Assembly: GCA_963665125.2 (NCBI GenBank)
Contig: CAXXUK010000001.1
Coordinates: 1,696,001 to 1,760,000, forward strand
DNA from: an uncultured Desulfarculus sp.
Lineage (GTDB): Bacteria > Desulfobacterota > Desulfarculia > Desulfarculales > Desulfarculaceae
Reading direction: 5' to 3'
Length of the DNA: 64,000 nucleotides
Made by a program: the position numbers and the translations under genes. The notes under the pieces were generated by a model. The model was given only the letters and a program-made list of their open reading frames with translations, did not search any database and was not told the DNA's origin. Positions 22,587 through 33,325 of this stretch are shown here, in pieces (position 1 is the first letter of the stretch; every line of letters starts with the position of its first letter).

Positions 22587-23840
22587 CTAGGCATACTCCG
22601 CCTGGCTGGAATACAAGAGCATCGGCTGTTCGCCCTTGGTGATCACCTCTTCGCCGACCACGCATTCCTGCACGTCCTTCAGGGAAGGCAGTTCGTACAT
22701 GATATCGAGCATGGAGGCTTCCAGAATGGAGCGCAGGCCGCGGGCGCCGCTCTTGCGGGTGATGGCCTCTTCGGCCACGGCCTTGAGAGCCTCGTCGGTG
22801 AACTTCAAGTCCACGCCCTCGAACTCGAACAGCTTCTGATACTGCTTGACCAGAGCGTTCTTGGGTTCGGTGAGAATGCGGATCAGGGCGTCCTCGCTGA
22901 GTTCATCCAGGGTAGCCACCACGGGCAAGCGTCCGACAAATTCGGGAATCAGGCCGTAGCGGATCAGATCCTCGGGCCGGCACTGGGCCAGGATATCGCC
23001 CAGAGGCATTTCCTCGTTGCGCTTTTTCACGTTGGCCGTAAAGCCCATGGACTTGCTGCCGATGCGGTTGGCGACGAGCTTGTCCAGTCCCACGAACGCG
23101 CCGCCGCAGATAAACAGGATGTTGGTCGTGTCGACCTTGACGAACTCCTGCTGCGGATGCTTGCGCCCGCCCTTGGGCGGCACGGATGCCACGGTGCCCT
23201 CGATGATCTTCAACAGGGCCTGCTGCACACCTTCGCCGGAAACGTCCCTGGTAATGGACGGGTTTTCGCTCTTGCGGGCGATCTTGTCGATCTCGTCGAT
23301 GTATACGATACCGCGCTGGGCCCGTTCCACGTCATAATCCGCGGCCTGAAGCAGGTTGAGAATGATGTTCTCGACATCCTCACCGACATAGCCGGCTTCG
23401 GTCAGGGTTGTGGCGTCGGCAATGGTAAACGGCACATTCAATATGCGCGCCAAGGTCTGGGCCAACAGGGTCTTGCCGCTGCCGGTGGGGCCTATGAGCA
23501 TGATATTGCTCTTCTGCAACTCCACGCCGCCCATCTCGGTTTTGGCGTCGATACGCTTGTAGTGGTTGTGCACCGCCACCGAAAGAATCTTTTTGGCCCG
23601 CTCCTGCTCGACAACATAGTCGTCGATGATCGCCTTGATTTCCTTGGGCTTGGGAATACTGACCTGAGTAGCCGCTTCCTCCTTCTGATATTCCTCTTCG
23701 ATGATCTCGTTGCAAAGCTCAATGCACTCATCGCAGATATAAACAGAAGGTCCGGCAATGAGCTTTTTTACTTCCTCTTGGCTCTTGCCGCAGAAGGAAC
23801 AAACAAGATCAGGGCCCTTGCCGTTGCTTTTCTTGCTCAT
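22587..23840 (-). CDS. clpX: ClpX ATPase subunit
   Basis: CSFCGK zinc finger, [28 protein letters not shown]. Confidence 0.98.
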   Translation of the reverse strand: MSKKSNGKGPDLVCSFCGKSQEEVKKLIAGPSVYICDECIELCNEIIEEEYQKEEAATQVSIPKPKEIKAIIDDYVVEQERAKKILSVAVHNHYKRIDAKTEMGGVELQKSNIMLIGPTGSGKTLLAQTLARILNVPFTIADATTLTEAGYVGEDVENIILNLLQAADYDVERAQRGIVYIDEIDKIARKSENPSITRDVSGEGVQQALLKIIEGTVASVPPKGGRKHPQQEFVKVDTTNILFICGGAFVGLDKLVANRIGSKSMGFTANVKKRNEEMPLGDILAQCRPEDLIRYGLIPEFVGRLPVVATLDELSEDALIRILTEPKNALVKQYQKLFEFEGVDLKFTDEALKAVAEEAITRKSGARGLRSILEASMLDIMYELPSLKDVQECVVGEEVITKGEQPMLLYSSQAEYA

Positions 23841-23877
23841 AAAAAGTGGCCTCCAAGCGCCTCAATAACCGGTTGCT

Positions 23878-24477
23878 CTAAGTTTCCTCCACCTCGCGGT
23901 GGGTGATGACTTCATCAACGATGCCGTACTGCTTGGCCTCAGCCCCGCTCATGAAGAAGTCGCGCTCCGTGTCAACGGAAATCTTCTCAAGTTTTTGACC
24001 CGTGTGGTCGGCCAGGATCTGGTTGAGCTCCTCGCGCATCCGCAGGATTTCCCTGGCGTGAATCTCGATGTCCGTGGCCTGGCCCTGGGCCCCGCCAGAG
24101 GGCTGGTGAATCAAAATGCGGGCATGGGGCAGACTGAAACGTTTGCCCTTTTCCCCCGCCGCCAGTAAAACCGCAGCCATGGATGCGGCCTGACCCATGC
24201 ACAGCGTGCTCACCGGGGCCTTGATAAACTTCATGGTGTCGTAGATGGCCATTCCAGACGTCACCACACCGCCGGGCGAGTTTATGTACAGGTGTATGTC
24301 CTTGTTGGGGTCGTCCGCCTCCAAAAACAACAACTGAGCGGTTATTACGTTGGCAACGTTGTCATCGATGGCCTGGCCCAGGATGATGATCCTATCTTTC
24401 AACAACCTGGAGTATATGTCATATGACCGTTCGCCGCGGCTTGTCTGCTCGATGACAAATGGTATAAGGCTGCTCAT
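23878..24477 (-). CDS. clpP: ClpP proteolytic subunit
   Basis: [30 protein letters not shown]. Confidence 0.98.
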   Translation of the reverse strand: MSSLIPFVIEQTSRGERSYDIYSRLLKDRIIILGQAIDDNVANVITAQLLFLEADDPNKDIHLYINSPGGVVTSGMAIYDTMKFIKAPVSTLCMGQAASMAAVLLAAGEKGKRFSLPHARILIHQPSGGAQGQATDIEIHAREILRMREELNQILADHTGQKLEKISVDTERDFFMSGAEAKQYGIVDEVITHREVEET

Positions 24478-25857
24478 TTAGGACTCTTTCTCGTCTTCGT
24501 TACTGCCTGCAGCGGCTTCTTCCGCCTTTTTCTGGGCCAATTCTTCTGCCAATTCAGCGGGATCGACTAGTTTTATGATAGCACCGGCCTTGAGGGCCTG
24601 CAACGTCTTTTCTTCCAGGATCTGGGCCATCACGCTCGGCAACATGTTGTTTTTAATATAAATATCTTTGATGGACTGTGCCGGTTGGCCAGTCTGATCA
24701 GCTACCTTTTGGTAGTGCGATTCGTAATCTTCTTCCTCGACCTCGACTTTTTCCAACTCGGAAATGCGGCCCAGGACGATTCCAGAGCGGACTTTCTTCT
24801 CGGCTTCGGGCTTGAAGTCGGTGGACAGACGCTCTTCGTCAAGACCAACGGCGTCCGGGTCCATGCCGCTCTGGCGAAGGCGGCTCTTGAACGAGGCCAC
24901 CATCTCTTCCAGTTCCTGCTTGACCAGGGTCTCGGGGATGTCGAACTCGCCAAGATCGCGGATGTGGTCGAGAATCTGGCGGCGCACCTGCATGTCTTTT
25001 TCCTGCTGGTACTGGCGCTCCAGTTCTTCCTTGATCTTGTCCTTGAGGGCGCCGATGGTTTCGAACTCCGGCGAAACGCTGCGGGCGAAATCATCATCAG
25101 CGTCGGGCAGCAGCTTCTGCTTGAGTTCCTTGACCACCAGCTTGAACTTGATGTCCTTGCCGCGCATTTCCTCGTTGGATGAGTCTTCGTCCATGTGCAC
25201 GATGGCCTCGACAATATCGCCGGGCTTGGTCTTGACCAGGGCGACTTCGATTTCTTCCTGCACTTGGCCTGCGCCCAACTCAACGTCCACGTTGTCGGCC
25301 GTACCGCCTTCCAGGGGTTCGTCACCGTCAAAGGTCTGGTAATCCACCACCACAACGTCACCGGTCTGGGCCGGGCGATCTTCCTCCACCGTTTTGAGCA
25401 TGGCCTGGCGGTCGCGCATCATGTCGATGCGCTTTTCGATCTCCTCGTCGCTGGCCTCCAGCGTGGGCTCCTTGATTTCAAATCCCTTATAGGCCTCGGG
25501 CTCGATGTCGAACTCGGGCCTGACATCGAAAATTACCTGGAAGATAAAGTCTTCGCCCCGTGAGGGCACGGCCTGAAAGTCAAACTCGGGCTGGGCCAAC
25601 GGACTCATGCCGGATTCATCCATGGCCTGGTCGTACTGTTCGCGGATCAGTACCTCGGCGGACTCGTACGCCGCCTGGGGGCCATAATAGCGCTCGATTA
25701 CCTTGCGGGGCACCTTGCCCGGACGGAAACCCTTGATCTTGGCATTGCGGCCGTGCTTGTTCAGCAGTTTATCAATGGTTTTGTCGACCTCGGCGGCAGG
25801 CACTTCAACAGTGAGCTGGCGCTTTACCGAATTGAGTTCTTCAACGTTGACCTTCAT
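24478..25857 (-). CDS. tig: Trigger factor
   Basis: GFRPGKVP ribosome-binding loop; canonical tig-clpP-clpX-lon order. Confidence 0.96.
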   Translation of the reverse strand: MKVNVEELNSVKRQLTVEVPAAEVDKTIDKLLNKHGRNAKIKGFRPGKVPRKVIERYYGPQAAYESAEVLIREQYDQAMDESGMSPLAQPEFDFQAVPSRGEDFIFQVIFDVRPEFDIEPEAYKGFEIKEPTLEASDEEIEKRIDMMRDRQAMLKTVEEDRPAQTGDVVVVDYQTFDGDEPLEGGTADNVDVELGAGQVQEEIEVALVKTKPGDIVEAIVHMDEDSSNEEMRGKDIKFKLVVKELKQKLLPDADDDFARSVSPEFETIGALKDKIKEELERQYQQEKDMQVRRQILDHIRDLGEFDIPETLVKQELEEMVASFKSRLRQSGMDPDAVGLDEERLSTDFKPEAEKKVRSGIVLGRISELEKVEVEEEDYESHYQKVADQTGQPAQSIKDIYIKNNMLPSVMAQILEEKTLQALKAGAIIKLVDPAELAEELAQKKAEEAAAGSNEDEKES

Positions 25858-26525
25858 CTTATCTTTACCCTGTTCTAGGCGTTTCGAAGTTACTTCATTT
25901 TGCGGTGACGCAAATGACCAAGTATAAAATCACGAAAGTGTCTATATACCATAGAATGCGCAAATTTACATAAACCCACTATTTTTGTTGCGCCATTGTT
26001 TGAATCAAACCGTGCAGGCGAAAAACCGGCGCCCAACCATGCGTCAATGTGTCTAAAATAGTAACTATCCTCCCGGATGCAAATTAATCAACCACCCACG
26101 CACCAGGTATTCGGTCATGCGCCATAAATTTTTTTTCGGAGAAAAAACCCAGCAAGGGGCAAAGTCGATCCGTGTGGAGTTATTTTATTGAATTTACTAG
26201 ACCTGTCCGGCGATGCATACAAATTAGTTTTCTTCGCCGGTTTCTTCCGATCAACCGAGTGAATTGGCGGGCCAAACAGAACCACTTTCGCGGAAACCGC
26301 GGCCCCGTTGAAAGGGTCCGACCAAGAGTGGCAAAGCCCGCCCTGGAAGCAACATACGCGCAGCAAAAAATGCCCTGGAATCGACTGCCAAACTCCCGCC
26401 AAATAAAAAACCCTCTTTAATTTACCGCAAAGACCTTCACAAGCCTGAACATCAGCGACTATATTTTAACAGCGATCCTTGTTTATCTACTGGACCAAGG
26501 CGCGACAACAGACCTGTCTGAATGT

Positions 26526-29150
26526 ATGATCCGGCCTTACGGACTTGTGTATATTTTACCCTTGGCGGAGAGCCAACTGAGTTCACGCGATGTCATAGAC
26601 TCGATAGCACTGGCCGCCGCAACAACGGTGTTGGCCTTGCTTGTGCCATGGGAGTTGGTGTTTTCAGCCACTGCCCCCACTGGCGGCGACACCTCCGGCC
26701 ACTATTCGGCATTTGTTTATTTCAATGACCACATATTGCCCAACCTGCGGCTGTGGGGCTGGAACCAGGGCAACCTGGCCGGTTTTTCCCAATTTGAGTT
26801 CTATTTTCCCCTGCCTTTCTTGATTTTCAGCGCTCTAGGGTTAATTTTCCCCCTGCCCATAGCCTATAAAATCGGCGTGCTGCTGCCCGCATTCGCCCTG
26901 CCTTTTTGCACATACCTGAGCCTCCGGCTGCTGCGGGCCCATTTTCCGGGCGCGATTGTCGCCGCTGTTTTTTCCTTGTCGTTTCTTTTCGTGGAAAACC
27001 ACTCCGTCTGGGGCGGCAATATTGGTTCCCTGCTGGCCGGCGAGGTCTGCTACGGCTATGGTTTTTGCCTCACCTGGGTCTATCTGGGGATGGCGACATG
27101 GTGGCTCAAGGGTCGCAGCGGCGTGGTTGCGCCGTCCCTGATGCTGATGGCCGTTGGCCTTTGCCATGCATCTTCGCTGTTGTTCTGCCTTTTGGCCGGT
27201 GTTTTCGCCGTGGGAATACGACGCGATTGGCGGCGGGCGGCGGTGCGTCTGCTGGTTCTGTACGTTCTCTCCTTTTTATTGCTTGGTTTTTGGCTCATCC
27301 CCTTTATCACAAGCGGAGCCCAATCGGATCTTTTCAATTTCATCTGGATAGTCGACGACTGGCACAAATATCTTCCGCCTCTGATGTGGCCCCTTTTCTT
27401 GTTGGCCCCGGCCGGTTTGCTGCTCAGCTATTTCATGGGAGACCTCAACGACAAGTTCCGGGCCAACTACCTTGTCGGCTGGCTGGCGGCCGCCGGGGTC
27501 CTGCTGTTGATTTCGCCGCTTATCAACGCCGTAACTGTGCGTTTCGTTCCGTTTATCCAGTTTACCGGACTGATAATCACCGCATGCGGCATCGGCGTGG
27601 CCTTGAAGAACCAACGCGCCCGCTGGCTTGCCGCCGTCGTCATCATCGCGGTCGCCCTGGCCTGGCCCTGCGCCAAGGTTAAAAACCTGCCCGTCTGGCT
27701 ACACCACAACAACAGCGGCTCCGAAGCCATGACACTATGGCCGGATATGGCCAGAATGAACGAAATCCTGAAGGGCCAAACCGGTGACAGCCGCATAATC
27801 TTCGAGCATGTTTCCCATAACGACAGGTATGGCTCGGACAGATCCTTGGAGGCCCTGTCTCATTGGACCGGGCGACCCACCCTGGGAGGTCTTCATATCC
27901 AAGCCAGCCCCAACTCGCCTTTTCTGTTTTATCTGCGGTCGGAAATCAGCACATACTGCCCCACCCCACTGCCCTTGTATCATCACACCCACCTGAACCT
28001 GGCCAGGGCCCTGAGGCATCTGGCCCTATACAACGTCGGACACTTCATCGCCATGGACCGAGGCACCGTGCAAGCGGCTCTAGCCACACCGGGCCTGAAG
28101 CCATCGGGAGAATTCGGACCTTTCCATGTTTTTACGGTGGAAGGCTGTCCCGACACCTACGCCACGCCCCCCGAATGCGGGCCAGTGGCCGTGGTGACCG
28201 AACGCCCCCGGTTCATCGCCTTGCAGTGGTTCAGATTCACGAACCTGAAAACGCCGTTGGTCTTTTTCAACTCGGATGACGACATTCCGGCCGGGAGGTT
28301 CGCCTCCGTCCTGCATGACGACGGCACCCGCGCCAGCCCTATCCTCAAGATTTTGCGGGATGACGGTTTGCCTTGCCGGGCCATGGGCGGCCACGCCGCG
28401 ATATCCGAAAAGATCGGGCCCCAAACCATTGAGTTGCAGGGCCTCATTCCGGGCCAACCGGTGTTGATCAGCATCTCTTTTGACCGCGGATGGCGCAGCA
28501 CCAGCGGAGAAGCCGTATACGAGGCATCTCCGGCCTTCATGCTGATCTACCCCACCGGCACATCACTAAAGCTGGTCCACGGCCCCACCTGGCCACACTG
28601 GCTGGGCCTGGCTTTGACAATCTGCGGCGGCTTACTGGGCCTGTTCATCGCCGCAAGGCCCTTGGGCCTGGAGCAACCCCTGGGCCGTATTTCCGATTTC
28701 ATTGGGCGCCCCCCGCTCAAGCGGAGGCTGGTGGCGCTGGCTTTGATACTGGTTGTCGCGGGGGTGAGCTGGCTTTGGTTGGTCCATGACGACCCCCGAA
28801 CCTTGTGCGACAAGGCCAAGCGGGCGGCCGAAGAGGGCCGGAGGGAACAGGCCAGAGGGCTATATTCCGAAATCCTCGCTGAATACGGCATGTGCGACGT
28901 CGGCGACCATTGTCTGAGCGGAATGGCCATGACCCACTACTCCGAAGGCGACTATGAACGCGCCATTACCTTGTGGCTTCAATTGCTGCGCGACTACCCG
29001 GATTCGTCCCTGCTCCCGGAAACCCTATACCATCTGGCCCGGTCATACGAAAATAACGGCGACCCGCAAAAAGCCGGTCAATACGGCCGCGAGTTGGTGC
29101 GGCTTTTCCCCAATAGCGACTGGGCCGCCAAATGGACCAGCGGTAAATAA
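26526..29150 (+). CDS. Polytopic membrane protein, probable GT-C-fold glycosyltransferase (PTPS-related/YfhO-like) with C-terminal TPRs
   Basis: GGDTSGH...WNQGNLAGFSQFEFYFPLP loop, many TM helices, a soluble domain, then TPR-like EGDYERAITLWLQLLRDYPDS...ETLYHLARSY. Confidence 0.65.
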   Translation: MIRPYGLVYILPLAESQLSSRDVIDSIALAAATTVLALLVPWELVFSATAPTGGDTSGHYSAFVYFNDHILPNLRLWGWNQGNLAGFSQFEFYFPLPFLIFSALGLIFPLPIAYKIGVLLPAFALPFCTYLSLRLLRAHFPGAIVAAVFSLSFLFVENHSVWGGNIGSLLAGEVCYGYGFCLTWVYLGMATWWLKGRSGVVAPSLMLMAVGLCHASSLLFCLLAGVFAVGIRRDWRRAAVRLLVLYVLSFLLLGFWLIPFITSGAQSDLFNFIWIVDDWHKYLPPLMWPLFLLAPAGLLLSYFMGDLNDKFRANYLVGWLAAAGVLLLISPLINAVTVRFVPFIQFTGLIITACGIGVALKNQRARWLAAVVIIAVALAWPCAKVKNLPVWLHHNNSGSEAMTLWPDMARMNEILKGQTGDSRIIFEHVSHNDRYGSDRSLEALSHWTGRPTLGGLHIQASPNSPFLFYLRSEISTYCPTPLPLYHHTHLNLARALRHLALYNVGHFIAMDRGTVQAALATPGLKPSGEFGPFHVFTVEGCPDTYATPPECGPVAVVTERPRFIALQWFRFTNLKTPLVFFNSDDDIPAGRFASVLHDDGTRASPILKILRDDGLPCRAMGGHAAISEKIGPQTIELQGLIPGQPVLISISFDRGWRSTSGEAVYEASPAFMLIYPTGTSLKLVHGPTWPHWLGLALTICGGLLGLFIAARPLGLEQPLGRISDFIGRPPLKRRLVALALILVVAGVSWLWLVHDDPRTLCDKAKRAAEEGRREQARGLYSEILAEYGMCDVGDHCLSGMAMTHYSEGDYERAITLWLQLLRDYPDSSLLPETLYHLARSYENNGDPQKAGQYGRELVRLFPNSDWAAKWTSGK

Positions 29151-29207
29151 ACCGCCCTTCCAGTCACCGGCTTTCGCGGTCCCAACATGCCTGTTTTCAG
29201 TTTTTGG

Positions 29208-30431
29208 TCAAATCCGTTCGGGATAGCGTTTGCGGATGGTGTCGATGACTTCAAAGACATCGAAGAACGCTTCCACGACTTCGGGGTCGAATTGAGTGCC
29301 CCTGACGCTGTCTATTTCATCAAGGGCTTTTTGAATGGGCCAGGCGTCCTTGTAGACGCGGATGGAAATCAAGGCGTCGAACACATCAGCCAGTGCCGTT
29401 ATGCGGGCAAACAAGGGGATCTGCTTTTCCTTGAGCCCCGCCCCCGGTTCGGCCTGGGAGGAATACAGGTTCTTGACCTTTCCGGGATAGCCCTTGCCGT
29501 CCCACCGTTCATGGTGATGCAGGGCCACTTCCCTGGAGGCTATGTCGACCTCGGTGCCGGCGTCTTCAAACAACTGGGCTCCGCTGATGGTGTGGAATTT
29601 AATAATCTGGAATTCCGCCGGCGTCAGCCGTCCCGGCTTTTTCAAGATGGTATCGCTGATGGCCACCTTGCCGATGTCGTGCATCATGGCCGCGATGCGG
29701 ATGATGCCTTTCTGGCGCCGGATCTCCTGGGTGTCCATGCCCCTCTTCAGGGCCAGGTGTTCGAATATCTCCGCCGCGTATCCTCCGACCCTGGTCACGT
29801 GGCTGCCGGTCTCCTTGGGATCGCGCAGGCGCACCATGCGGATCTGGCGCAGCAACAGTTCACGGGTGTTCAGGGCCTTTTCCAATGCCGCGGCGGCGCT
29901 TTTACAGAAAAACTCCACCAGTTTGCGGCACTGCGGGGAAAACGTCGACGTATGGCCGTCATAGTCCTTGGCGTTGATCAGCTCCAACACGCCGACGATG
30001 TTGCCGGCCCTGGTGCGGATGGGCGTAATCAAAAAAGACTTGCAGCGGTATCCCGAGGCCTCGTCAAAGCTGCGGTTATAGCCGTACGGGGCGTCGGGGT
30101 CGATATGGTAAGCGTCGTCGATGACCAGGGTTTCTCCGTGGTGGGCCACGAAACCGGCCAGTGAACTGTCATCGATTTCCACAGAATAGTCCTGATACAG
30201 GTATTGGCGGCTTCTCCTGGAGGCAAACAGCACATCGTTGTGCACATAGGAAAACAGCAGTTTGTCGCCCTTTTTAAGGAAGATCGTCCCGGCCTCGGCC
30301 CGGCATATCCTGCGGGAGCAGTCCAGTATGCCGTCCAAGATTGTATCCGGATCCGGGACCAGCAACAGTTGCTCGGCCACGGCGAGCAAATCTTCCTGAA
30401 CGGAACTGATCGGAGTTGACTGGGGCTGCAA
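29208..30431 (-). CDS. GAF + HD-GYP cyclic-di-GMP phosphodiesterase
   Basis: GAF domain; ETGSHVTRV, MHDIGK, HHERWDGKGYP, ADVFDAL. Confidence 0.92.
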   Translation of the reverse strand: MQPQSTPISSVQEDLLAVAEQLLLVPDPDTILDGILDCSRRICRAEAGTIFLKKGDKLLFSYVHNDVLFASRRSRQYLYQDYSVEIDDSSLAGFVAHHGETLVIDDAYHIDPDAPYGYNRSFDEASGYRCKSFLITPIRTRAGNIVGVLELINAKDYDGHTSTFSPQCRKLVEFFCKSAAAALEKALNTRELLLRQIRMVRLRDPKETGSHVTRVGGYAAEIFEHLALKRGMDTQEIRRQKGIIRIAAMMHDIGKVAISDTILKKPGRLTPAEFQIIKFHTISGAQLFEDAGTEVDIASREVALHHHERWDGKGYPGKVKNLYSSQAEPGAGLKEKQIPLFARITALADVFDALISIRVYKDAWPIQKALDEIDSVRGTQFDPEVVEAFFDVFEVIDTIRKRYPERI

Positions 30432-30535
30432 GGCCTACCTTCCAAGATCTTATTTTAGTTACGCCTACTGTGCATCATTGAACACAATGATAGCACAGAA
30501 AGCAACTATGGAAAAACATATGAGGTTTGGTCTTT

Positions 30536-31369
30536 TTAGTCAACAAGCAGATTGTTCATGGCCCCGGCTATTCTCCGGCCCAGGACCAACTCGGCCTGTG
30601 TGGACAGATGCACGCCGTCGGACTGTAGCGGCAGGCCCTTGGCGCTGACCATTTCCCCATCGGCGATTTTCATGGCGGCCTGGTTTTTCTGCATATCCCG
30701 CCAATAGGCCAGGAAAAGCCTGTTTTGAAAGCGCGGCCCCAGATCGCCGATCTGCACGAAAACCACGGGTATCTCATTGCAGTCCAGATCCCGGCGGAAT
30801 CCCAAGAGTATCTCCTTGAAATTCAAGGGCCAATCCCTGACCGTTTCGGCGGTGACGGTGTCAGATTCCCCCTGATACCACACCAAACCGGTGATGCGCC
30901 CTTTTTGGGCGGCGGCCTTGGCCCGGCGGATGCATGAGCCGTAAAGCGTCTCCGCCCCGCCCTGGGCCGTCCACTGGGCCATTGCCGAGCCGCCCAAGGC
31001 GCAGGGCACCAAACCAATCTTCAAACCGGGCCGCAGCCTTCTGAGTTCCTTGGCAAAGGCCAGGCCAGGCCCCACCCCGGCGTCGTAGTCCGCCGAGACC
31101 AAATCAATCTGGCCGGTGGCGTCGTCCAGGGGTTCCAGCGCGGGTTTCCACACATCGTCGTTTCCGAAAAGCCATATATTTTCATTAGGTTGGTTGAATT
31201 CCGCGGGAAAGTCGGCCAAATCTCCCCTACCCGAGATGTTTGATTGGCCGGCCAGGATGAAGATGGACAACCCGTCTGGCGCGGAACCATTTCCGCAACC
31301 GGAGGCACTCATGACCAGTAAAGCGGCAGACAACCAAGCAAAGACCTTGGGACCGAATGATTTCGACAT
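30536..31369 (-). CDS. SASA/CE6-family (sialate) O-acetylesterase lipoprotein
   Basis: LAGQSN, WYQGESD, DGVH motifs; lipobox-like ASGC. Confidence 0.85.
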   Translation of the reverse strand: MSKSFGPKVFAWLSAALLVMSASGCGNGSAPDGLSIFILAGQSNISGRGDLADFPAEFNQPNENIWLFGNDDVWKPALEPLDDATGQIDLVSADYDAGVGPGLAFAKELRRLRPGLKIGLVPCALGGSAMAQWTAQGGAETLYGSCIRRAKAAAQKGRITGLVWYQGESDTVTAETVRDWPLNFKEILLGFRRDLDCNEIPVVFVQIGDLGPRFQNRLFLAYWRDMQKNQAAMKIADGEMVSAKGLPLQSDGVHLSTQAELVLGRRIAGAMNNLLVD

Positions 31370-31491
31370 TTAAATCACCAGTTGGACTAAAATGAAACCT
31401 ATGCTACTATTATTCCTGATTGATCAATTTAACATGGCTTCCATGGATGGCCCAAATTGCCAAGGGATGGCGACCACAGGAGGCCAGGACC

Positions 31492-31791
31492 ATGAAAACC
31501 ACCATTCCCTTGTCGCAGCTTTTACGGCCCGTGGAGCCCTCGGGCAGGCAAGCCGCGTCATCCAGGGTAAAGCCCAATTCGGAAAAAGCCGTCATTGCCC
31601 AGGATGCCGGGGCCTGCGACACCAGCGGGCTGCGCAGACTGGACCCAAGCCAGATCAGAAACAGTGTCAGCAGAGGAGAGGCCGAGGCCCGGCTGCTGTT
31701 CGCCAAGGCCCAAATGCCCCAAAGGCCTCTATCCTCTTTATTGGCCCAGGCCAATATTGACCAGGCTGTGGCCACCCGCCTTTTGGATTAA
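31492..31791 (+). CDS. Small hypothetical protein with a flagellin-like C-terminus
   Basis: AGGAGG RBS before ATG 31492; ends SLLAQANIDQAVATRLLD. Confidence 0.6.
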   Translation: MKTTIPLSQLLRPVEPSGRQAASSRVKPNSEKAVIAQDAGACDTSGLRRLDPSQIRNSVSRGEAEARLLFAKAQMPQRPLSSLLAQANIDQAVATRLLD

Positions 31792-31832
31792 CGGATCGTT
31801 GACCAAGGCCGACAGCCGGCGGGAGCATTCAT

Positions 31833-32156
31833 ATGGCGTATGAAAACCCCTACAACGGCTTTCTGAAGCGCATAACCGACAATAACGGTTTGCTCGACAA
31901 GCTCAGACAGCGTACATCCGACGGCGAAAAAATCAAACCTGAACAACTAAAAGACGCCTACGGGTTCGCGCACTCTACAGTGACCGAACTGGCGTCTTTT
32001 CTGGGCATCGACAAACCCGGCGGCAACGACGAAGCCGTGGATTCCGCCGGCCTGGATGTCTATGATAAAGCCGTGGATACGTGTATAAATATAACCAAGT
32101 TCTCACTGGACTTGGCCCGGCTGCACGGACCGGCATATTTGATCATCCCGGAGTGA
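31833..32156 (+). CDS. Hypothetical protein
   Basis: GGGAG RBS; 107-aa ORF with natural composition. Confidence 0.65.
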   Translation: MAYENPYNGFLKRITDNNGLLDKLRQRTSDGEKIKPEQLKDAYGFAHSTVTELASFLGIDKPGGNDEAVDSAGLDVYDKAVDTCINITKFSLDLARLHGPAYLIIPE

Positions 32157-32456
32157 TCACCAGCGTATCACGGCGTTGCCCGGTATGTTGAACTCATTGT
32201 AGTCCAGATAACCGTCGCCGTTGCTGTCATACTGGGAAAACATCCCCGCCGAATCGTTCTTGCTTTTATACAGGCGGTAATATTCATCCGGGCTCAGCCT
32301 GCCGTCATGATCTTCATCCAAGGCCTCGAATATGCCTTTTTTATCCAGGGCGGGCCCGATGTTCTTTCCGGCGGCGCAACCGGAGACAAACGGCAGGGCC
32401 AAGGCGCAGACAACGACCAATGCGGCCGCCAGCGGTCTCGATTCTTTTATAGGCAT
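32157..32456 (-). CDS. EF-hand lipoprotein
   Basis: Lipobox VSGC; two EF-hand loops, DEDHDGRLSPDE and DSNGDGYLDYNE. Confidence 0.8.
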   Translation of the reverse strand: MPIKESRPLAAALVVVCALALPFVSGCAAGKNIGPALDKKGIFEALDEDHDGRLSPDEYYRLYKSKNDSAGMFSQYDSNGDGYLDYNEFNIPGNAVIRW

Positions 32457-32536
32457 GTCCCTTCCCCCATAATATTCACGTTAAATTCAGCCGCCCCTTG
32501 CAGGGCCTGGGCTGTTGCTACATAGTTACGGCAGCT

Positions 32537-33325
32537 ATGTTTACGATCAAGAAAATAATCAGTGTATTCGTCATGCCCCTGGGCCTGGTCGTCGTCGTCT
32601 GGCTGGCCGGGGCGGCGCTGTTTTTCTGGAAGAAACGGCGTGGCCTGGGCGGCAGTCTCATGGTCATAGCCGCCCTGCTGCTGATCGCCCTTTCCCTGCC
32701 GCTGGTAGGCCAGGCCCTTTTGCGGCCTTTGGAAACCGATGCGGGCTCTTATGCCGAACCACAGGCCCTGGCCCTGGCCGGGGTCCGGGATGTCGTAGTC
32801 TTGGCCGGAGGCACCAACACCGGCCGGCGGCCCGTGTCGGACAAACTCAGCCAGTCCAGCCTCAAGCGCCTGATCGAAGGCGTGCGCCTGTGGCGTAGTC
32901 TGCCCAGGGGCCGGCTGATCCTCTCGGGCGGGGTGCTCAGCGGCGAGGTAAGCAGCGCCAGGCGCATGGCCGATCTGGCCCAGGCCATGGGCGTACCGCC
33001 CCACGCCATTGTGCTCGAAGACCAATCAAAAGATACAGCCGACGAGGCCAGGCTGCTGGTCCCCCTGCTCAGCGGGCAGTCCTTCGCCCTGGTCACCTCG
33101 GCCAGCCACATGCCCCGCTCCATGGCCCTGTTCAAAGCCCAGGGGCTGGACCCGGTGCCCGCTCCCACGGATTTCCGCTCCACCTCGGACGAGCCGTGGT
33201 ATGTATACGCCTTACCCTGTATTGAAGGTCTTTATATGAGTTCCGCGGCCTTTCATGAATACTTGGGCCTGCTGTGGGCCCGCTTTCACGGTTTCTGGCC
33301 GCCGCAAATGGAGCCTGCCCCATGA
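32537..33325 (+). CDS. YdcF/ElyC-family (DUF218) envelope protein
   Basis: [45 protein letters not shown]. Confidence 0.88.
   Translation: MFTIKKIISVFVMPLGLVVVVWLAGAALFFWKKRRGLGGSLMVIAALLLIALSLPLVGQALLRPLETDAGSYAEPQALALAGVRDVVVLAGGTNTGRRPVSDKLSQSSLKRLIEGVRLWRSLPRGRLILSGGVLSGEVSSARRMADLAQAMGVPPHAIVLEDQSKDTADEARLLVPLLSGQSFALVTSASHMPRSMALFKAQGLDPVPAPTDFRSTSDEPWYVYALPCIEGLYMSSAAFHEYLGLLWARFHGFWPPQMEPAP

Noticed and set aside
31445..31462. Sigma-54 promoter upstream of the flagellin-tail ORF (tggcccaaattgc)
   Set aside because: The GG-to-GC spacing is 8 nt rather than the required 10
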